The notes below the pieces were generated by a model. It had not been told where the DNA came from. It did not search any database and saw nothing but the letters and a program-made list of their open reading frames with translations. A DNA stretch of 32,000 nucleotides from an uncultured archaeon (GTDB lineage: Archaea > Iainarchaeota > Iainarchaeia > Iainarchaeales > CSSED10-239). The translations under genes and the position numbers were made by a program. The stretch spans positions 1 to 32,000 of the forward strand of contig CAYXAY010000003.1 of NCBI GenBank assembly GCA_964463155.1. Reading direction: 5' to 3'. Below, in pieces: positions 8,935 through 17,099 of the stretch. How positions within the stretch are numbered: position 1 is the stretch's first letter; each line of letters opens with the position of its first letter.

Positions 8935-10257
8935 TTATTCTAAATCTAGACTATTTGCCATAAACTCCAGCTGGTTGGAGAAACCATTTATCTTTGCCTT
9001 GCCAACAACTATTGCTTTTTTTCCAAGAAGCTTTCCTTCTGCTTTTGAAAAGATTTTGTTTTTGTCTTCTTCTGTCAGGTCTTTTTTTAGGTATTCTTTT
9101 TTAATATCATAAACTGATTCAAGAAGCTGATTGAATAATGTTACTCTTATTACTCCTGTTCCGTCATCTAGGTTTATTGAAGAAAAGATGTTTATTTTTG
9201 GGTCTACTTGCTTGTTACAGCTTTCACAAATGAACTCGTTGTTTATAAAGAACACTTTTTCTTTACAGTCTGGGCATTTAAAAGACCTTAGTCCTCCTTT
9301 CTTGTTTATCTCAAGAACTGTTCCTGTAATCTTATAGTTGTTGTTGTTTTCAAGATTGATTATTTTTTCCTCTTTTATATCTTGGTTTGTTATTTCTACA
9401 ATTGATGGTATCTTAAATTTTGTTTTTGGGTTTTTTGTTATTGTTGAATTCCAGTTGACATAGGCCTCTAAATCATAAAGCCCATCTTTTATTGTAATGT
9501 CGCTAAGTCTTACAAGATCTCCTTTTTTATAGTTTTTAGAAATCTCTTGAGCCCAGGCGTCAAATGCAGTGCATCTTAAGTATTTTATGCCATCTGATAT
9601 TTCAAAATTTATTGCTTGTCTTTCCTTGTCTTCTCTTTTAAAGGTTTTAATAGGATAGATGTTTGTTATTCTTCCAATAACATCTATTGGCTGTCCAGGG
9701 TTTTCATTAATCTCTGAAATCTTAAGTATTGTTTCTTTTAGTTTTGTAACATTTATTCCTTCAGGGTCTTTTATTATTTGTCCGCCTTGTCTTAAAGACA
9801 ATTCTATTTTTTCATTGTATTGATTGACTGCTGCGTCTTTTATCAGAACTAAATCGTTCTTTTCAAAGCCTTGCTCAGGTATTAGTTCTGCTTTGTCTTG
9901 CCATAAGTTTAATTTTATTAAACCTGTTTCATCAGAAAGATAAAGACTTTGTATCTTTCCTTCAGTTCCGTCCTTTGTTTTGTATTTTTTTACTGGAGGT
10001 ATTGATTTTATTCTTGCATAAAGTGATACTGAATCAATAGAAGGATTGATTTCAGAAATCTTTGTTATTGAGCTGGTTTTTGACTTGAGGTCAAGATTTA
10101 CTCCAAGTTGCTTAGAAAGGAGAATGTTTGCTCCAACATCGCTTAAGAGGCCTTGGTACTTGTCCTTTATCTCCTCAAGCTTTTGATTAAGCTCATCATC
10201 GCTTAGCCCGCTTTGAGTTTTAATAATAGAATAAATTTGTTCGCTAGTAAGTTGCAT
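8935..10257 (-). CDS. rpa: replication protein A-like ssDNA-binding protein (multiple OB folds plus zinc ribbon)
   Basis: 440 aa. It has repeated OB-like blocks (e.g. VSLYARIKSI..., IDVIGRITNIYPIKTF...) and a CPDCKEKV-x11-CESCNK zinc ribbon embedded in the last OB fold. It is adjacent to mcm. Confidence 0.78.
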   Translation of the reverse strand: MQLTSEQIYSIIKTQSGLSDDELNQKLEEIKDKYQGLLSDVGANILLSKQLGVNLDLKSKTSSITKISEINPSIDSVSLYARIKSIPPVKKYKTKDGTEGKIQSLYLSDETGLIKLNLWQDKAELIPEQGFEKNDLVLIKDAAVNQYNEKIELSLRQGGQIIKDPEGINVTKLKETILKISEINENPGQPIDVIGRITNIYPIKTFKREDKERQAINFEISDGIKYLRCTAFDAWAQEISKNYKKGDLVRLSDITIKDGLYDLEAYVNWNSTITKNPKTKFKIPSIVEITNQDIKEEKIINLENNNNYKITGTVLEINKKGGLRSFKCPDCKEKVFFINNEFICESCNKQVDPKINIFSSINLDDGTGVIRVTLFNQLLESVYDIKKEYLKKDLTEEDKNKIFSKAEGKLLGKKAIVVGKAKINGFSNQLEFMANSLDLE

Positions 10258-10336
10258 AATCTTTCACCTAATATGTATTTAGGAAGCCAATATATTAAAA
10301 AGTTACCTAGAGTGGCTGTTAAATAACAAGACATCA

Positions 10337-10654
10337 TTAAATTTTCTTAATCATCTCTTCTAATTTTAAATAAACTTCTTTTCTTTCTTCATTTAAATAA
10401 CAAACGCGTCTAATTGCAGACTGTTTTGGCATTGTAAAAATATAGTTTAATTTAAGTCTGCTGTCTTTGAATAGTCCGTCTTTTTTTGGTAATAAAATCC
10501 CTTTCATTTGCAAATTGCTAGTTATTCCTATTAACACAATATCATTAAAATCAGAAAATACTATAAGTGCGGGATGTATTTTAGATTCGGAGTTATCAAT
10601 AAATGTAAAATTTACAAGAACTACTTCTCCTGCTTTAAATGCCATTTCTCTCAT
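10337..10654 (-). CDS. PemK/MazF-family toxin-like protein
   Basis: 105 aa. The SH3-like N-terminal pattern reads KAGEVVLVNFTF...SKIHPALIV...IVLIGITSN. Its ATG overlaps the upstream antitoxin stop (ATGA). Confidence 0.68.
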   Translation of the reverse strand: MREMAFKAGEVVLVNFTFIDNSESKIHPALIVFSDFNDIVLIGITSNLQMKGILLPKKDGLFKDSRLKLNYIFTMPKQSAIRRVCYLNEERKEVYLKLEEMIKKI

Positions 10655-10857
10655 TCTTCATCTTCTTTGTTGTCCCAAAGTTCTTTTAGCTTTATCTTTT
10701 GAGCATTCATCATTAGTTTAAAATAATCGTCTTTTGCGGATTTTGATTTCAATAGATTAGAAATTACATCGTCAAATGACTGTCTAGGATGCATTTTTAA
10801 TTTTTTTAAATTATTTACAACGGTTTTTGACAACTGGACAGTTGTATATTCGTTCAT
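10651..10857 (-). CDS. small antitoxin-like protein (archaeal putative-antitoxin / VapB-like type)
   Basis: 68 aa. The stretch TTVQLSKTVVNNLKKLKMHPRQSFDDVISNLL matches the pattern of the archaeal small antitoxin family usually paired with PIN toxins. It is translationally coupled to the toxin gene and has a GGGGG RBS upstream. Confidence 0.6.
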   Translation of the reverse strand: MNEYTTVQLSKTVVNNLKKLKMHPRQSFDDVISNLLKSKSAKDDYFKLMMNAQKIKLKELWDNKEDEE

Positions 10858-10954
10858 GTTATAACCCCCTATAAGTAATTATAGTTAGTTATATTAAGCC
10901 CCTCTTTTTAATTACATAAATATATTATAACCCTCATTTGATATCTGTTTTTCG

Positions 10955-10984
10955 GGAGGGTGGCTGTCCAGTGTGAAAAGAAAG
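10955..10984. repeat. GC-rich 30-nt motif, copy A (GGAGGGTGGCTGTCCAGTGTGAAAAGAAAG)
   Basis: It matches copy B at 15282-15311 in 23 of 30 positions (21 of the first 25). It stands out against AT-rich intergenic DNA. On the minus strand it lies about 100 nt upstream of the antitoxin start. Confidence 0.6.
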
Positions 10985-11032
10985 CTATTTAAATAGTATT
11001 TTTATATTTTTTTATTATATGGAGGTATAAAT

Positions 11033-11548
11033 ATGTCAGTTCTTATTATAGTTTTAGTGTCAATAGTCGTATTGCTTATCATAGGTTATTTTTGGGTGAA
11101 ATTTGCAAAAAGCGGTTTTGGAAAAGGCAAGATGGAAATAGTTATTGGAAAAACAAATTATAATTCTGGAGAAACAATAACTGGTAAAATAATAATTACT
11201 GCAAAGAAAAACTTTGTTGCAAAAACACTAACTGCAGACCTTACTTGTAAAAGACAAACAACAAGCAATAGTAATGGTAAAACAAGTAGCAGTTCTGATT
11301 TGGTTTTTAAAAAAACTGCAGAGATTGCTAAAAACCTTTCTTTCTTGGCAGGAGAAACCAAAGAGTTTGATTTTAAGATAGATATACCTGATGATGCTTT
11401 TATTAAGACAACAACAAATAAAACACTTAATATGGCTCTAGGAATCTTGACAAAACAACATAACAAATTATCTTGGAAACTTGATGGTAAAGCAGAGATA
11501 AGTAGCTTGATTAAAGTGTCTGAAACAAAAAAAATATACGTTAATTAG
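11033..11548 (+). CDS. hypothetical membrane-anchored protein with beta-sandwich-like ectodomain
   Basis: 171 aa. GGAGGT RBS 7 nt upstream and an N-terminal TM helix (VLIIVLVSIVVLLIIGYFWV). The remainder alternates beta-like segments (YNSGETITGKIIITAKK...), reminiscent of arrestin/SpoOM-type folds. TAG stop. Confidence 0.55.
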   Translation: MSVLIIVLVSIVVLLIIGYFWVKFAKSGFGKGKMEIVIGKTNYNSGETITGKIIITAKKNFVAKTLTADLTCKRQTTSNSNGKTSSSSDLVFKKTAEIAKNLSFLAGETKEFDFKIDIPDDAFIKTTTNKTLNMALGILTKQHNKLSWKLDGKAEISSLIKVSETKKIYVN

Positions 11549-11599
11549 ATATTAATATAAATATAAGGCACAATAAATATTTAGCAATAATTGATAACC

Positions 11600-11941
11600 A
11601 TGGCAAAAGTAAAATTCATGTCTTTTAAGGTTGAAGAACATCTACAAAAAGAAGCAGCTAAAAACAAAGAATTAAGGTTAGCAAAGAACAAAAATAATTA
11701 TCAAAGAATAGTTAAATCATTGATACATGATATTATTGATGAAATTGATGTTATTTTTGAAAATACAGAAAGAAGAAAACCTACTGGTGTTGAGAAAAAC
11801 AGATTGTCTGAATTAAGAGTAAGGGGTTTAGAGATTATTGATAAAATTAAAAAAACAAAAATATTAACAACCATTGAAAAAGAAGAATTGATATATTGGA
11901 TATCACAAAGGGTTGTAAGACCTATAGAAAACGGAAAATAG
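11600..11941 (+). CDS. hypothetical coiled-coil protein
   Basis: 113 aa from ATG 11600; the track ORF starts at TTG 11591. It ends 7 nt before the ATPase start, so it is probably co-transcribed. TAG stop. Confidence 0.5.
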   Translation: MAKVKFMSFKVEEHLQKEAAKNKELRLAKNKNNYQRIVKSLIHDIIDEIDVIFENTERRKPTGVEKNRLSELRVRGLEIIDKIKKTKILTTIEKEELIYWISQRVVRPIENGK

Positions 11942-11948
11942 ATAAAAA

Positions 11949-14255
11949 ATGAAGATAGGAAACTACACTGTTGGAGATCATCTTGTAGATACTGAGGGCG
12001 GAAAGAAAAAGCTTATCTTTGACTGTAGACATTGTGTTTATGGAACTTCTATTTCTGATGACCCTAGATGTAGATATCATGTCATGAAGACACTTGAGAC
12101 TGTTGAAGCAGACGAAGTAATCTTAGCTGAAGTCTATGAAAGAGTTTATTCTCAAAAACAGGTTTCTTTTCTTAAAGATGTGGTAGATTTGCTTCTTGAT
12201 TTTGAGAATAGGGCTGTTTGGGTGTCCTCTCATCTTGGTATTGAGGATATGGATTGTGATGAGTGTTATCCTCAAAGACACAATAATATTATTAGGTTTG
12301 CAAGAGATCTTCTTGCTTATGATCCTATTGCTTCTTATATTTCACTAGTTAAAGAAATAGAAAACACAAGAAGCAGAGGAGAAGAACAGATTGGAAGGGC
12401 TTGCGAAAAATGTTTTAAGGCGAATTTAAAACATTTGTTGTCATTAAAGGAACAATATGAGAGAACTGAGTTTATTGGGATATTAAAACCGATACTTACA
12501 AAAGTAAAAGACTTTAATGACCTTACCGAGGTTTACAAGACCTTGTTTGAAGCGCAGATAAAGCCTGCGTTTATTGGTTCACAACTACTTAGAAGCGATG
12601 CTGAGAAATTTGAGCTTGTTGATGAGTATCAGGTTCTTACTACTAATGTCCAAATATTTAAGCATCCTGAAAGGATTGAATATATCTACAATATCAATCC
12701 TCCAGAGTATACTTTGTCACCAGACCATTATTTTGTTTTATCAAAAACAAAAGAAACTGTTGCAAACTACCAGCCAGGAAAAGTAACATTAACTTCTGGA
12801 GCAGGAACAAGAAAATATTTTCAAAGGATTTATCAAAGCACTATTGCAGATGTTGCAAGAAAGTACGGGATATCTTTGGGACCAGATGATATTATTTCTC
12901 TTTCAGAGATTGTGACCAGATACACTATTGGTTATGGGATACTTGAGATGGTGTTATCTGACAGAAACCTAACAGATGTTTTTATTGACTCTCCAATTGG
13001 GGGAAAACCAATCTATGTCTCTCATAGTAAATATGGACAATGCCAGACAAACATTCTTTATACTGACAAAGAAGCAGAATCCTTTGTAGGAAAAATGAGA
13101 GCAATGTCTGGACGTCCTTTTGATGATGCTCATCCAATTTTGGATTATGATTTGCCTGATCTTAATACTAGAGTTGCAGCTATTGGAAGACCTCTAGCAA
13201 CTGATGGCACTGCTTTTGCATTTAGATTACATAAAGATACTCCTTGGACATTGCCTCAGTTGATTGCTGTTAAGTCTTTATCGCCACTAGCTGCAGGGAT
13301 GTTGTCTTTCTTTATTGATAATAGTTCAACAATACTTGTGGCAGGTTCTAGAGGTGCAGGAAAGACATCACTAATGACTGCTTTAATACAAGAGATACTT
13401 CAAAATAAAAGAATAATTGCTCAGGAAGACACGCTTGAACTTCCTGTTATGTATTTTAAGGATATAGGTTTTAATATTCAAAGACTAAAAACTAAATCCG
13501 CAATTGGTTCTAATGAAGAGTCTACTGAAGTTAAGCCAGAAGACGCACTTAGAACGGCTTTAAGACTTGGAGACTCTGCTATCATTGTTGGAGAAGTCAG
13601 AAGTGTTGAAGCTAAAGTACTTTATGAAGCTATGAGAATTGGTGCAGCGGGAAATGTTGTTATGGGAACAATACATGCTGATTCTGCTTATGCTGTTTGG
13701 GACAGAGTTGTTAATGATCTTGGAGTTCCAACAACCTCCTTTAAGGCAACAGACTTAGTAGTAGTCACAAAACCAATTAGATTTAAGGGCTCATTAAAGA
13801 GTTATAGAAGAGTGGTTCAAATTACTGAAGTAAAGAAACACTGGAACACCGACCCTGACGCAGAGGGTGGACTAATTGATCTTATGACTTATGATGCTAG
13901 TAAGGACGCATTGATATTAAATGAAGATGCAATCAAGGACTCTGATCTTTTTACAAAAATCTCAACCTTGTCAGGTTTATCAATTGAAGAGATTTGGGAT
14001 TATATTAAGCTACTTGCAGATGAGAAAGAATATCAGGTTAGTTTGTCAAGAGAACTTAAATGCCCTGAGATTTTGGAAGCAGAGAACACCCTTGCAGCTC
14101 ATAATAAACTACTTTTAATCAAGGAAGAATGGATAGAAGAGCATGGCAAGATTGATTTTAAGACAGTTTTGGATGATTGGAAAAAATGGGTAAAAGAAGA
14201 CTTTGCTCCAAGAATAGTAAAAAGAATAAAAGACAATAAAGGAAAAGAAGAATAA
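11949..14255 (+). CDS. type II/IV secretion-system family ATPase (FlaI/ArlI/VirB11-like) with long Cys-rich N-terminal extension
   Basis: 768 aa. Readable motifs are Walker A GSRGAGKTS, Asp box IIAQEDTLEL, Walker B-like AIIVGEVRS and His box GTIHADS. The N-terminal 330 aa carry CRHC...CRYH, CDEC and CEKC clusters. Confidence 0.85.
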   Translation: MKIGNYTVGDHLVDTEGGKKKLIFDCRHCVYGTSISDDPRCRYHVMKTLETVEADEVILAEVYERVYSQKQVSFLKDVVDLLLDFENRAVWVSSHLGIEDMDCDECYPQRHNNIIRFARDLLAYDPIASYISLVKEIENTRSRGEEQIGRACEKCFKANLKHLLSLKEQYERTEFIGILKPILTKVKDFNDLTEVYKTLFEAQIKPAFIGSQLLRSDAEKFELVDEYQVLTTNVQIFKHPERIEYIYNINPPEYTLSPDHYFVLSKTKETVANYQPGKVTLTSGAGTRKYFQRIYQSTIADVARKYGISLGPDDIISLSEIVTRYTIGYGILEMVLSDRNLTDVFIDSPIGGKPIYVSHSKYGQCQTNILYTDKEAESFVGKMRAMSGRPFDDAHPILDYDLPDLNTRVAAIGRPLATDGTAFAFRLHKDTPWTLPQLIAVKSLSPLAAGMLSFFIDNSSTILVAGSRGAGKTSLMTALIQEILQNKRIIAQEDTLELPVMYFKDIGFNIQRLKTKSAIGSNEESTEVKPEDALRTALRLGDSAIIVGEVRSVEAKVLYEAMRIGAAGNVVMGTIHADSAYAVWDRVVNDLGVPTTSFKATDLVVVTKPIRFKGSLKSYRRVVQITEVKKHWNTDPDAEGGLIDLMTYDASKDALILNEDAIKDSDLFTKISTLSGLSIEEIWDYIKLLADEKEYQVSLSRELKCPEILEAENTLAAHNKLLLIKEEWIEEHGKIDFKTVLDDWKKWVKEDFAPRIVKRIKDNKGKEE

Positions 14256-14257
14256 AA

Positions 14258-15247
14258 TCAATTCTTCTTTTTAGTTCTATATTTTATCTTTGGTTTTTTA
14301 GATTTTAATTGTTTCTTTTTTATTATTTCTCTATCCCATAGTTCTGCTCTAGTTTTAGGCATCTTGCCTTTAACTTTTACTGGATTATTTAAACATTCTT
14401 CTAATATTTTTTGTTTTTCTTCTAGTTTCTTCTTTTCTGAGAAATAATTGTCTGATGTTATTACTGATTCGCCTATTGCTTTTTCTAGTTCTTTTCTTGC
14501 ATTTCCTGCAATTGTCCCTCCTTTCTTTGTGACATTCTCTGTTGGAATAAAACCTTTTGGATTATCTACTTTTGAAATTTCGGTTGTTGAAACTTCTGCA
14601 AGCATATTTAGAACTAACTCTGTGTTAGTCATATTGTCTCTTAAGTTTTCTTTTTTTAAACCTTTTAGATCTTTATATTCTCTTATGTTTCTATCTGACC
14701 AGGCTTTTGTTAAGGTGTTTGTTAAGGATGCAAAATCTGATGGTTTGTCCATACCGCTTCTTTGCCATTCATCAGTTAGTTCTTTTCTTATCTCTATTGA
14801 TCTTAGTCTTTGGTTAATCCATTCTTTTGAGTATCCTTTTTTTAGATAAGTTTGTAAGGCTCTGGTTATTGCTAGTTCTGGATCGTAATTCTCTTCAATT
14901 CTTTGGTATCCCACTCTTGCAAGCCATAGCTTGAAAGGTTCCGCTTTTTTTGAAGGAATTGATTGAATTATTCTAAACATTCCTTCAAGATTAGCACAGT
15001 CGGTTTTGTAATACTTACCATCAGAAGACTGTAATTTCAGTTGTACGCAATTTGTGTACAACTCAACATCATTTTCTAATTCTCTAGCTTTTAACATATT
15101 CCAGTAGTTACGGGGGTTTTCACTATTTGTTAATGCGCCCACCACATCAACTACTGAAAACTACCAATCTTCTTCATGCCATATCCTTCTAATATTTTTA
15201 TTTTCAAAAATCGCAATTCCGTTTTTTTCAACCACACAAATCACCAA
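14258..15247 (-). pseudogene. DinD-like / BRO-N domain protein interrupted by one in-frame TAG
   Basis: The track ORF 14258-15145 starts mid-domain. The same frame upstream reads (L/V)VICVVEKNGIAIFENKNIRRIWHEEDW-TAG-FSVVDVVGALTNSENPRNYW..., a continuous BRO-N domain with TAG at 15161-15163. The C-terminal part (MTNTELVLNMLAEVSTTEISK...KKGGTIAGNARKELEK) is DinD-like. Confidence 0.75.
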
Positions 15248-15281
15248 ATATACGCTTATATCTGGAGGTTTATAAGACTTT

Positions 15282-15311
15282 GGAGGGTAGGTGTCCAATG
15301 CGAAAATAAGA
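15282..15311. repeat. GC-rich 30-nt motif, copy B (GGAGGGTAGGTGTCCAATGCGAAAATAAGA)
   Basis: See copy A. On the minus strand it lies about 35 nt upstream of the likely DinD/BRO-N start. Confidence 0.6.
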
Positions 15312-15331
15312 TGTTTGGGTTTTTGAGTATA

Positions 15332-16102
15332 CTATATTTTATCTATAAAATCATTTAGTTCTCTTAGTAAACCAGAAAATAGTTGTCTTTTTGATTTTGG
15401 GATATAGTGATTTATTGAATTTTCTAAATATCTTAATTGTGTTTTGTCATTTAATAGTTGAGTCATCTTGTTTTTTGATTGCGTTATTAGGTCGCTGTTG
15501 TTTTCTTTATTAAATTCTTTAATTATTGTGTTTAGTGTATTTTTATTATACTCTAATTGTAATAGGAAATATAAATCATAGCTGTCTTTACCGTCTGTTC
15601 TGTTTACAAAAGCATATAGCTTTTGTAGAATAAATTCTTCTAAGATATATGTAAGATATTGTGTGGTTTTATGAGGCACAAAACCAAAATCTACTATTTT
15701 TGTTGTTGTTTTTGCATTTGTATTTTTGCTGATAATTTTAAACTCTAATTTTATCTTGTCTTTTTGTAGGCCTTGGAAAAAAATATCAAATCTTATTGTT
15801 TCATTCATTATTCTTGGTTTTTCTATTTGATATTCTGGCAATAGTTTTTTTAGTTTTTCATATAGTTCTGCTTTTATTACGTTTATGTTTTTATTAGAAT
15901 ATATATCAAAGTCTATGTCTTCAGAAAATCGTCTTTCTTCTTTTTTTAGATAGACTCTGTTTATCCCTGTTCCGCCTTTTAATACTATATTTAGTTTGTT
16001 TTCTAGTTTTTCAAATATTTTGGATATTTCTAAGTCTTTTAAAATATAGTTAATAGATAGTTCGTTAGTTAATGCAAGTTTTCTTATATTTGTCATATCC
16101 AT
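15332..16102 (-). CDS. AbiEii-like nucleotidyltransferase (type IV TA toxin family), pair 1
   Basis: 256 aa. The pol-beta NTase signature reads LKGGTGINRVYLKKEERRFSEDIDFD. It starts 3 nt after the AbiEi-like gene. TAG stop. Confidence 0.8.
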   Translation of the reverse strand: MDMTNIRKLALTNELSINYILKDLEISKIFEKLENKLNIVLKGGTGINRVYLKKEERRFSEDIDFDIYSNKNINVIKAELYEKLKKLLPEYQIEKPRIMNETIRFDIFFQGLQKDKIKLEFKIISKNTNAKTTTKIVDFGFVPHKTTQYLTYILEEFILQKLYAFVNRTDGKDSYDLYFLLQLEYNKNTLNTIIKEFNKENNSDLITQSKNKMTQLLNDKTQLRYLENSINHYIPKSKRQLFSGLLRELNDFIDKI

Positions 16103-16105
16103 TAT

Positions 16106-16885
16106 TTACCACCAAGAAAGTATTTCCTTTTCTCCAAGATTGTCTTGGAGCAACCATTTTGATATATATATTGATTTGCTGTTGGTGTTTATTAACTTTA
16201 CTTTTGATTTTTTTTTAGAATTGAAATAAAACAGTATGTTTTTTGGGATTTTACAATTTGTCTTGGTTTTTAGCAATTCCAGTATGTAGCCGGTTATTTG
16301 AAATTGTCTTGCTGTTGCGTATTTGTCGTATATTTGTTTTAGTTTATTCCAGTCAATTATTTCTGCGCTATCAAAGATTGCTTTTGATAGTACGCAATAA
16401 CTTCCGCAATACTGCGGCTTATAAAAACAATCAAAGATTGTTTTTTCTAAATTAGAAACAAAGACTCCGTCTTTAAGCAAATAATCAGAATATTTGTTTT
16501 TTAGATTTATGTATTTAAATACGAAATTTCCTTCATATATTGTTTTTGATTTGTTTGTGGTAGAGATAAATATTGTTGTTGGTTCATAGTCTATAAGATT
16601 ATAGTATCTTAATGCTGAGAGAAAGGATATGTAGCCAGGATATATAGATAATGCGTTTTTGTATAGTTCTAGGTTTGTTTTTGCAATAGTTAATGCGTAT
16701 ACGCCTTTTTTTAGGGATATTATGCGCCCTTTGTCCTTTAGTGATTTTAGTAACTCATTGATTCTTTGTCTTGTAAAGTTTGGAAACATCTCTGATATTT
16801 GTTTTGTGGTTATTGCTAAAGGTGTGTCTTTTATGATCTCAAATATCATTTGCTCTTGTTTAGTCAAATAGTTTTTAGTTTCCAT
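16106..16885 (-). CDS. AbiEi-like winged-helix antitoxin/transcriptional regulator, pair 1
   Basis: 259 aa. The N-terminal wHTH ends in the KGVYAL signature (ITTKQISEMFPNFTRQRINELLKSLKDKGRIISLKKGVYAL). It is immediately upstream of the NTase. Confidence 0.7.
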   Translation of the reverse strand: METKNYLTKQEQMIFEIIKDTPLAITTKQISEMFPNFTRQRINELLKSLKDKGRIISLKKGVYALTIAKTNLELYKNALSIYPGYISFLSALRYYNLIDYEPTTIFISTTNKSKTIYEGNFVFKYINLKNKYSDYLLKDGVFVSNLEKTIFDCFYKPQYCGSYCVLSKAIFDSAEIIDWNKLKQIYDKYATARQFQITGYILELLKTKTNCKIPKNILFYFNSKKKSKVKLINTNSKSIYISKWLLQDNLGEKEILSWW

Positions 16886-16982
16886 ATAATATAATTATAG
16901 TACATTTTCTTTAAAAAATTAACTATTTGTGTTTTTAGAAAGTAAACTATCATAAATTAGTTATAGCAGGTTGACAAAAGAG

Positions 16983-17033
16983 GCATTCAAATATTTATAG
17001 GGGTTATCTAATTATAAATTGTCTGATAGCAAG
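16983..17033 (-). repeat. 51-nt intergenic repeat, copy R1
   Basis: GCATTCAAATATTTATAGGGGTTATCTAATTATAAATTGTCTGATAGCAAG. It matches R2 in 47 of 51 positions and lies 98 nt upstream of the AbiEi start (minus strand). A purine-rich tract and a hairpin copy extend the similarity to R3 as far as 17099. Confidence 0.85.
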
Positions 17034-17070
17034 AAGAAAATTTAGAAATTAAAAGAAAAAGAAAAGAAAA

Positions 17071-17099
17071 ATTGTAAGTTATTTATGTTGTTTTACAAT
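17071..17099 (-). terminator. weak hairpin (ATTGTAA-15 nt-TTACAAT), degenerate copy of the S-layer terminator
   Basis: It has 7-bp arms, and the right arm abuts or overlaps the ATPase-1 stop codon. It is alignable with the 20011-20038 hairpin. Confidence 0.35.

Noticed and set aside
10955-10984. The 30-nt GC-rich motif read as the 5-prime half of a tRNA (acceptor stem plus D-arm-like GGGAGGG-TG-GCTG-TCCAGTG), which would be a tRNA-fragment att site.
   Set aside because: No anticodon arm, T-arm or 3-prime acceptor strand follows in either copy, and no full tRNA gene is visible anywhere in the window.
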